NCBI GenBank assembly: GCA_051382305.1
Contig: JBBCAV010000153.1
Span: forward strand, 1-64,000
Source of the DNA: Bdellovibrionota bacterium FG-2
Lineage (GTDB): Bacteria; Bdellovibrionota; UBA1018
Length of the DNA: 64,000 bases
Reading direction: 5' to 3'
The notes below the pieces were generated by a model. The model was not told the origin of the DNA, did not search any database, and saw only the letters and a program-made list of their open reading frames with translations. Position 1 is the stretch's first letter. Each line of letters opens with the position of its first letter. A program made the translations under genes and the position numbers. Below, in pieces: positions 56,705 to 64,000 of this stretch.

Positions 56705-59176
56705 GTGGGGAGTGTGCCTGTGCGTTTCGAAAAAATCTGGCGAAGCCTTTTGGTGGTCTCGCTCATTGTATTTCCTTTTTCGTATTCGTACGCGTCTTCT
56801 GCCGCGACTCCCCCCCAACCTCGAACTTTTTCCGCTCTCACTCTCAACGTCCAGTTTCTGACCTTCCCCACGACCGTGGCAAATATGTATCTTGTTTCCC
56901 AGCGCAAGCGGGCAAAACTTCTGGTTCAAAATGTCTTAAACGATAGCGGGCCCGACATTGTCGTCCTCAACGAATGTTTTTCCGACACCTGCCAAGATGC
57001 CGTCATGAGCGCGGCGGTCTCCCCGCTCTATATCACGCGCTTTACCCATATTTTTCATCGCTCCGCAAACCTCCTACAAGACAGTGGGCTTGCGATTCTC
57101 AGCAAATTTCCCCTCGCAGATATTGCGCAAGACCTCACGGATCCCTTTTCCTATTCCGAATTGTGTGCGCGAGGCAATCTCGACCTAGGAAACAGGCACT
57201 TCAAACACGCTTTTGATAAAACGGTTTGCTTAGAAAAATTCTTTCGGTCTTTTGCGGAAATTGCAGAAGTAAGACACCTCCGATTTTCAAATTTCGACCG
57301 GCTCGCAGCGCACCCTTTTGATACCGATAGTCAGGCCGAAAAAGGCGTCGGTTTCGTCCGACTTAAAAACCCCACGACTCAACGGGACATCGACATTTAC
57401 TTTGCTCACTTGCAATCGGGGTTTTCTGAGCGCGCGTCCACGGTCCGAAAAACTCAGTTGGAATCCATTCAAGATTCCATTCTAGCCCACTCCTTTTTAG
57501 CCCCCGGCACCCACGTCGATAACACCGACATTCTATTCATGGGTGACCTTAATGTTGCCGGAGAGCCTCCCGGTTCCCCGCTTAATGCATCAGAAGTCCC
57601 TGGCTTTTGGGACACCTCCCACCGCTGGAGCCAACATATCGCACGCAGCGACAGCGACCTGAACAGGAAACTCTCGGAAAAAGGCCGGTATTTATGGGAC
57701 TTGTGGTGGAGCACAAACCCCGAGCATGACACAGGCGAAACCCATTCACGGAAAACTGCCCATTTTGGGAATCGGGATTATTGGAACGGAACACGTGACG
57801 ACGAAGCGCGATTTGATTATCTGCTGCTGAGCGCAGCCCCTCTGCGCGAGGGCGGCCTTTGTGCCCAGAGCATTTTTCTAGATGAGAGTTTCTCTGCACC
57901 CGAAGGTTATCCACTTAACAACGCAACTCAAGCCCCTCGGGGGGGGCTATATCTCACCGATCATTTCGGCGTGCATGCTATTTTTGGCCCCACCTATCCT
58001 GGCTGCCGAGTGAGGGATGCAATTCATGTTGAAGACGTGCGTTCTGCGAATGCAATTACATCCCTGGCGTCCCAAATTCCAGTTGCGAATGGATTCCAAT
58101 GGTTTGAACTTGCTCCGGGCACCTATACAGCACGACTCATGGCCGACGCCGCTTTATCGGCCTCTGCCTTTTCCGGATCAGACGTGACCCACGCGTTGCC
58201 GCTTCATGAAGCAATTCTCGATGAGAAATCCCGGTCTTTTGCCTTTTCCGCAAGTGAGCGCCTCTTTTTTCGTGTGGGAACTCAAGAGACGCCCGCCCTG
58301 TATGAGATCCAATTTTTGCGACATCAGGGCGTATCATTTGATGAAGCGCTTGACCTGGAAACTCCCGGGATTCGAAAACCGTTGGAACTCGATCCAGACG
58401 CAGAGCACTTTATTCGCATCACCCCTCGCACCTTGTCTCACCCGGGGCATCAGGTGTTTTCGGTAGACTTAGGAGCAGAGCCTTCTCAAGAACCAAACAT
58501 TGCTGTAAGCGTCATACGAAGAAATGAAGACCGACTTGAAGTTTTGCACGATCTTCGAACCGGCCTAATTCTCGATTCGCTTTCGCCCTCTTCTCCCATG
58601 CTACAAGATGGCTTTTCATTAGATAATGAGTCTGAGTTTTTCGTCCGCGTTTCCAGTACTGCGCCCCTTACTCTCCGGCTAAACCCTCGCTATGATACGG
58701 ACCTTCGCTCGTTCTCCCTAATCAACCTCCTCAACCTCAACAACAAAGAATCAGGCTGGTTTTCTAATGACCAGATTCGCCTTCGAGTTCTTATCAAGAA
58801 TGCTTCTGGCAACACCTTAGAATCCTTCACTCACTATTGCGGAGCGATGGACAAAAACTCCCCGTGTGCTTTTCCCGACGCAAATACAGTTCCCGGCATT
58901 CGCGGTTTCACGATTAACTTCCTGCCTGTTGACACAGTCGATGTCGAACTTTGGGAAGACAGGCTCATAGGTCAAACATCTTTTGCGGCCTTGAGTGACC
59001 GCTATGGAATCCAGAAAGCCCGAATCCTCCAAGACGACCCCGAAACCCAAGGGGTTACGATCCCAGATCCCTATCGTTCTTCAGAAATAAAATCCGAGAT
59101 TTGGTTTCACAAGCGAAGGTTTCCGAGCTTGCGCGCCGACTGGGCCTATCACCTGACCTACACCACAACACGTTAA
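56705..59176 (+). CDS. Secreted EEP-superfamily (sphingomyelinase/DNase I-like) hydrolase with C-terminal beta domains
   Basis: TLNV, VLNECF, SGLAILSKFP, AEKG, AHLQ, MGDLN, FDY, TDH motifs; signal-like N-terminus; start uncertain. Confidence 0.82.
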   Translation: MGSVPVRFEKIWRSLLVVSLIVFPFSYSYASSAATPPQPRTFSALTLNVQFLTFPTTVANMYLVSQRKRAKLLVQNVLNDSGPDIVVLNECFSDTCQDAVMSAAVSPLYITRFTHIFHRSANLLQDSGLAILSKFPLADIAQDLTDPFSYSELCARGNLDLGNRHFKHAFDKTVCLEKFFRSFAEIAEVRHLRFSNFDRLAAHPFDTDSQAEKGVGFVRLKNPTTQRDIDIYFAHLQSGFSERASTVRKTQLESIQDSILAHSFLAPGTHVDNTDILFMGDLNVAGEPPGSPLNASEVPGFWDTSHRWSQHIARSDSDLNRKLSEKGRYLWDLWWSTNPEHDTGETHSRKTAHFGNRDYWNGTRDDEARFDYLLLSAAPLREGGLCAQSIFLDESFSAPEGYPLNNATQAPRGGLYLTDHFGVHAIFGPTYPGCRVRDAIHVEDVRSANAITSLASQIPVANGFQWFELAPGTYTARLMADAALSASAFSGSDVTHALPLHEAILDEKSRSFAFSASERLFFRVGTQETPALYEIQFLRHQGVSFDEALDLETPGIRKPLELDPDAEHFIRITPRTLSHPGHQVFSVDLGAEPSQEPNIAVSVIRRNEDRLEVLHDLRTGLILDSLSPSSPMLQDGFSLDNESEFFVRVSSTAPLTLRLNPRYDTDLRSFSLINLLNLNNKESGWFSNDQIRLRVLIKNASGNTLESFTHYCGAMDKNSPCAFPDANTVPGIRGFTINFLPVDTVDVELWEDRLIGQTSFAALSDRYGIQKARILQDDPETQGVTIPDPYRSSEIKSEIWFHKRRFPSLRADWAYHLTYTTTR

Positions 59177-59241
59177 TCTTCGGGCACTGAGGGCACTGAT
59201 CTCGCTTGACGAAGCAGGGCGTTTTGAGCTTTGCTTTCCCC

Positions 59242-60951
59242 ATGATCCTACTTCATCCCCATAAAACTATTCGACCCAGCACCGATCCCCATACTCGAGA
59301 GCTCATGCTCAAAACCGTCGAGTTTTTTGAAAACCGCGGCAAAGCCAAGCTTAAGCAAGATGATCATGACCGAGTTTGGTACAAAGACTTCTTGGAGTTC
59401 ATCGCAAAAGAACAGGTTTTCGCTTCCCTCCTCACTCCCCCCGCGTACGGCGGTCCGGCGTGTCGCTGGGACACTTATCGCAACTGCGAGTTCAATGAGA
59501 TTTTGGGCTTTTATGGATTACCCTATTGGTACACCTGGCAAGTTTCAATATTGGGGCTGGGTCCTCTTTGGATGAGTAAAAACGAAGCCATCAAAATCAA
59601 AACCGCCGCGCATTTGAAGGCCGGTGGAATTTTTGGTTTCGGCCTTTCGGAAAAAGAGCATGGCGCCGACCTTTATTCGAGCGAAATGACACTCACCCCA
59701 GAAAGCCCGGGGCATTATAAAGCCAACGGTCGCAAGTATTACATCGGAAACGCAAACGAAGCGGCGCTTCTTTCCACGTTCGGCAAAATGAGCGCCAAAA
59801 AGACTGAAGGCGGCGACTATGTATTTTTTGCCACCGATCCCAAACGCGAAGGTTTTGAGCTCGTCAAGAATGTCGTCAATTCTCAAAACTACGTCGCTGA
59901 ATATGCCTTGCACGATTACGCCGTTTCTGAAGCCGAGATCTTATCCAAGGGTCAAGAGGCCTGGGACTGCTCTCTCAACACGATCAATGTTGGGAAGTTC
60001 AATTTGGGTTGGGCTTCTATCGGAATGTGTACGCACGCTTTATACGAGGCCATCAACCACGCTTCGCACCGCAAACTTTTTGGACACACAGTTACGGATT
60101 TCACGCATATCAAACACCTCTTTACCGATAGTTACGCGCGCTTGACAGCTATGAAACTCTTTGCCCTGCGCGCTTCGGATTACATGCGCTCTGCAACGCT
60201 AGAGGATCGCAGATATTTGCTCTATAACCCCATGGTCAAAATGAAAGTCACCACGCAAGGCGAAGAAGTCATCAATCTTCTCTGGGATGTGATTGCCGCC
60301 AAAGGATTTGAAAAGGATACGATTTTTGAATCCGTCGCCCGTGACATTCGAGCCCTCCCTAAGCTCGAAGGCACCGTGCATGTCAACATGGCGCTCATTA
60401 TTAAATTTATGGGCAACTACTTCTTTAAGCCTGGGAAGCTCCCGGCAATCGGCAAGCGCGATGAGCCCGTCCACGATGAGTTTCTTTTCAAACAGGGCCC
60501 TACCAAAGGCTTAAGCAAAATTCGTTTTCACGACTACCGCATTGCCTACAACAGCGTGAATCTGCCTAATGTGGATATTTTCAAAAAGCAGATACGTATT
60601 TTGAAAACCTTTTTACTCGTGGCCAAACCGAGCAAGAAACAAACTGAGGACATTGATTTTCTGCTGATTTTGGGCGAACTTTTTACCCTGGTCGTTTATG
60701 GACAGCTGTTAATCGAAAGCGCCAAAATCCAGAAAACCGAGGGCGAACTCTTGGATCAGATTTTTGATTTCATGATTCGAGATTTCTCAAAATTTGCGCT
60801 GCAACTCTATTCCAAAACGAGCAGCACGACGCTTCAACAATTCTTGTGTCTGCAGATGATCAAAAAACCAAAGGTCAATCCGGAGCGCACAGATCGCATC
60901 TGGCGCAATCATGTGGAGAGCTTAAAAGATGGGTATGAGATGAAAGCGTGA
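59242..60951 (+). CDS. Acyl-CoA dehydrogenase
   Basis: FGLSEKEHGAD, NGRKYYIGN, HRKLFG, AAKGF, LPKLEGT. Confidence 0.92.
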   Translation: MILLHPHKTIRPSTDPHTRELMLKTVEFFENRGKAKLKQDDHDRVWYKDFLEFIAKEQVFASLLTPPAYGGPACRWDTYRNCEFNEILGFYGLPYWYTWQVSILGLGPLWMSKNEAIKIKTAAHLKAGGIFGFGLSEKEHGADLYSSEMTLTPESPGHYKANGRKYYIGNANEAALLSTFGKMSAKKTEGGDYVFFATDPKREGFELVKNVVNSQNYVAEYALHDYAVSEAEILSKGQEAWDCSLNTINVGKFNLGWASIGMCTHALYEAINHASHRKLFGHTVTDFTHIKHLFTDSYARLTAMKLFALRASDYMRSATLEDRRYLLYNPMVKMKVTTQGEEVINLLWDVIAAKGFEKDTIFESVARDIRALPKLEGTVHVNMALIIKFMGNYFFKPGKLPAIGKRDEPVHDEFLFKQGPTKGLSKIRFHDYRIAYNSVNLPNVDIFKKQIRILKTFLLVAKPSKKQTEDIDFLLILGELFTLVVYGQLLIESAKIQKTEGELLDQIFDFMIRDFSKFALQLYSKTSSTTLQQFLCLQMIKKPKVNPERTDRIWRNHVESLKDGYEMKA

Positions 60952-60959
60952 GGCGGCAC

Positions 60960-61967
60960 TCACTTCAACCCCGGAACAAACTGCGCCATTTTCTCGGAGC
61001 CAAACTCTCGAATAGCCTCCCACGGGTTGTGCTTCGCACATAACAAACGCAGGGATTGAAGTTCCGACGCGCCCCCCTTGGCAAGTGGAATGCGATGATC
61101 GATTTGAATTCCAAATCTAGACCCACATCGCCTGCCCGTCTCGGGCGAAACAAAAGTACAACAGCCGCCATCACGAGCCCAGACTTGCCTGCGCACAGCC
61201 GCCGGAATATTGCGCCGCAAAGCCTGGGGCGGCTGGGAAGCCTTAGTTTGCGGCTCTTTTGTGCGCTGCGCCTCCGGCGCCGGAGTGATTAGCGGAGTAG
61301 ACTCTGAAGTCGCCGTTGGAACAGATTTTCGCGGCTTTTTTCGAGCCGGATCCAATTGCGCGAGCGCCCGATCCGCCAAGAGTTCAACCAACTGCGCGAA
61401 CCTAAGACCTGGGTGAGCATGCGCCAACAATCCCTTAAGATGATCGAGTTTCTGCATCCACTCGTCTGAGGCGAAGAGTTTAAGTTCAGTTTCCGTGGGA
61501 GAAATCACCCGCAAACTCTCCTGGCGCTTTGCTGACTCAGGCGAGATCCTTTGAAGGATTTTGTCACACTCGCGATGTGAACGATTCTCCATTTGCCCAA
61601 GAAGCTCACGCTTTTCCTGAACCGAATAGACTTTGCCTTTTCCGCGCTCTTCACGTTTCAAGAAACATTGCACTGAACTTAGGGTAGAAAGATTGAGAAC
61701 TCCTGTTTCAATTTGTACGACCGCACCCGGCACGTCCTTCAGCAACCGCATTGAATGAATTCGGCGAGCGGCACTGGCTTCACTATAGCCCAACTCTTTG
61801 ACCGCGTACAAAAATAGCGACGCGTAACCTTGTTGCGCGAAGAGTCTGCGACGCTCTACCTCGCGCAAAAGTTCGAGCACTTGCACGGTAAACTTGCGCT
61901 CTTCGAGTGCGCAATGTTTGAGCTGATTCAAAAGATCGCAGTCGGTTAGTGTTTTGGGGTGTTGCAT
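60960..61967 (-). CDS. HNH endonuclease with DUF222-like helical N-terminus (copy 2)
   Basis: GYASLFLY..ELGYSEASAARRI; RNIPAAVRRQVWARDGGCC...QIDHRIPLAKGG..QSLRLLCAKHN (motif Asn replaced by Ser). Confidence 0.88.
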   Translation of the reverse strand: MQHPKTLTDCDLLNQLKHCALEERKFTVQVLELLREVERRRLFAQQGYASLFLYAVKELGYSEASAARRIHSMRLLKDVPGAVVQIETGVLNLSTLSSVQCFLKREERGKGKVYSVQEKRELLGQMENRSHRECDKILQRISPESAKRQESLRVISPTETELKLFASDEWMQKLDHLKGLLAHAHPGLRFAQLVELLADRALAQLDPARKKPRKSVPTATSESTPLITPAPEAQRTKEPQTKASQPPQALRRNIPAAVRRQVWARDGGCCTFVSPETGRRCGSRFGIQIDHRIPLAKGGASELQSLRLLCAKHNPWEAIREFGSEKMAQFVPGLK

Positions 61968-62086
61968 AGGTGGGCAAGCCTATCACAAATTCAACAAAAA
62001 ACAGCTTAAAAGAAGCTAATATCTCGAGTTTTTTTCAAGCCAACATAGTCCGAAAACCGGACCCATCCCAGCCCCGAACCCCCTCG

Positions 62087-62872
62087 CTAAATCGCTCGCC
62101 CAATCACTCGCATCACCCCCGGCAAAAACCGCGCAAGCCACACCGCGACCTTGCCATGCAAAGTCACAACATACTCACGCCGCCGTTTAACAACCGCGCG
62201 CAAAATATGGCGTGCCGCCGCCTCCGTAGGCATCACTAGCCATGAGGGCGCGCGATCCTCAGTTTCAGAATGCAGCACCCCTTGATTATCCACGTGCCTA
62301 ATCTCACTCTTCACAAGCCCCGGAGATACCAGCGTGACGCCCACGCCCCACTCCCGCCATTCTTCGGTCAATGAATCCGCAAGCGCACGCACTGCAAACT
62401 TGCTCATCGAATACGCACTGGATTCTGCAGGTGAGATATAAGACATAACGCTACCCAAAATAACAAATTGACCGCGCGAATTTTTCAAAGACTCAAGACC
62501 CGCATACGCCGATCGCAAGACCCCAAATACATTTGTTTCAAACTGGCGTCGGTAGTCATCAAGTCTCAATTCGTTTAACCGGCCTGTGACACCAAAACCT
62601 GCGTTCGCGATGAAAACATTGAGTTTGCCATATTCCTTAATCGCAGCCGCCACTGCCGCCTCAAGATCCCCATCACGATTGACGTCTGCCGCAACAGCCA
62701 AGGCTCTGCCTCCACCTGCACAAATTTCTTGCGCAAGCGCTTTGATGCGATCATCGCGTCGGGCAACAAGCGTGACGAAAGCACCCTGGTGTGCGGCGAG
62801 CCTAGCCAACGCGGCTCCAATTCCTGCAGATGCCCCTGTGATCAAGACTGATTTTCCGTGAAAATTGCTCAT
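62087..62872 (-). CDS. Short-chain dehydrogenase/reductase
   Basis: ITGASAGIG, ANAG, YSMSK (YxxxK). Confidence 0.93.
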   Translation of the reverse strand: MSNFHGKSVLITGASAGIGAALARLAAHQGAFVTLVARRDDRIKALAQEICAGGGRALAVAADVNRDGDLEAAVAAAIKEYGKLNVFIANAGFGVTGRLNELRLDDYRRQFETNVFGVLRSAYAGLESLKNSRGQFVILGSVMSYISPAESSAYSMSKFAVRALADSLTEEWREWGVGVTLVSPGLVKSEIRHVDNQGVLHSETEDRAPSWLVMPTEAAARHILRAVVKRRREYVVTLHGKVAVWLARFLPGVMRVIGRAI

Positions 62873-63032
62873 GCAGGTATCCTAAATAATATTCGCTTAT
62901 TGACCTAACGGAAAATGGCGTCAAATTCTAGACGCCATGGGCCCAAAAATCCGCACCAGCGCCGTGCAACAATACACAAAACATCATCAAGCCCCACCCC
63001 ATTCTCGCCGAAAAGTCCTTTAGGAGTGAGCT

Positions 63033-64000
63033 GTGAAATCTATTCCCCTTAATCGCCCCAAGACCGTTTTCTCGAAGTAACTCTACTTCTCACTGACCGC
63101 GATTACTGCCCTGACCTTAGGGCTGGCACTGGGCCCGCAAACACATGCGGCCCCGCCGACGAGCCTTACCCAACCGCAAGCCCAAGCCGAAGAGCCTCTT
63201 TTCTTTACCGTCGACGCAGGCAAGGGCCATGAAATGATCGAGAAGGCCATCAAGACCCCGTTAGATAAATCTGCTCCAGATTACGGGATGAGCATCTCCA
63301 AGAATTCAGTGATGTTGAATGACCATCTCGGTCGAGTCAAAAACTCTAATAGAAGAAGGGAAAATAGATCCCAAAATAAAAGAAGTGCAATTCGTCACAG
63401 ATCACGACGTGAATTTCAATTACCTCTCGCGCGGACTCATTATAGTTCCCCACCCCTCCCTTAAAGATAAACTCGTTAAAATGGGCAAGGACCCCAGCCT
63501 TGTGAAGGTTGTGGAGGGGATTCCAGCTGGGCCCGCTTATCTTGAAGATTTTGACAAAGCGGCCGTTCGAGCGGAGCTCAATGCATCTCTCTCGGCTGAG
63601 CTGAAGAGGCCGAATATTTTGGGCATAGAAGACCCCTTGATTCTTGCGACCGGTGGAGGGTTAGGTCTGGGGCTTAAGCCCATTGCAGATTTTTTGCCAA
63701 AGTGGAAACCCACGAAGCCGGTAAAGCTTGTAGTAGTCTGCGGGAGCAATAAAGAAATGCTACTACGTTTTCAGAAACTTCAAGTATCAAACAAACTTGA
63801 TCCGAATATTACACTCATCGTAAAGGGCTATACACCCCTTGCGCCCTACGTAAAAGCCGCGACGATGATCATTTCAAAGCCTGGGGGTTCGCAAACCGCA
63901 GAAGCCATTGCCGCAAAGCCCCCTCTTTTCGCGCATACTTATATCCGAGGACAGGAAACCAACAATTATGAGCTTCTGAGCAAAATCGAAGCAATCGGCA
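63033..64000 (+). pseudogene. MGDG-synthase/UgtP-like (GT28) glycosyltransferase, disrupted and running off the window
   Basis: AGGAG plus GTG 63033; in-frame TAA 63078-63080; DAGKGH N-terminal motif; after a disrupted middle, the frame from 63481 gives ATGGGLG, VVCGSN, ISKPGG..AEA, GQE. Confidence 0.72.

Overview
A 64-kb bacterial chromosomal window. The TIGR02147-type regulator, two DUF222-like HNH genes and many orphan secreted hydrolases and lipoproteins suggest a Bdellovibrionota-like lineage (inference, not verified). Intact genes include rnr, mnmA, polX, an ABC-F ATPase, an OPT transporter, a deoxyhypusine-synthase-like gene, most of a molybdenum-cofactor operon with a Moco RNA leader, an ECF sigma/anti-sigma pair, an HDOD-PAS kinase-sigma54 activator operon, a GGDEF cyclase, tRNA-Val(GAC), an XRE-HTH/nucleotidyltransferase TA-like pair and several secreted enzymes (S8, C1, trypsin-like, EEP, alpha/beta hydrolase). 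About ten accessory loci are broken by in-frame stops, frameshifts or internal deletions while long core genes are clean, which points to real genome decay. Mobile DNA: a truncated IS4-family element at the left edge and a dead IS110/IS1111-type element with sub-terminal inverted repeats and a bridge/seekRNA-like non-coding region. The most notable unannotated signal is a ~115-nt rod-shaped putative sRNA (47645-47760). It has a perfect sigma54 -24/-12 promoter, upstream activator-like dyads shared with the sigma54 promoter of the GGDEF gene, and an exposed anti-Shine-Dalgarno loop. Together these suggest an undescribed FliA -> two-component -> sigma54 -> (c-di-GMP + sRNA) circuit. No CRISPR array or rRNA was found. 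All family assignments are from motif recognition by eye; no database search was run.
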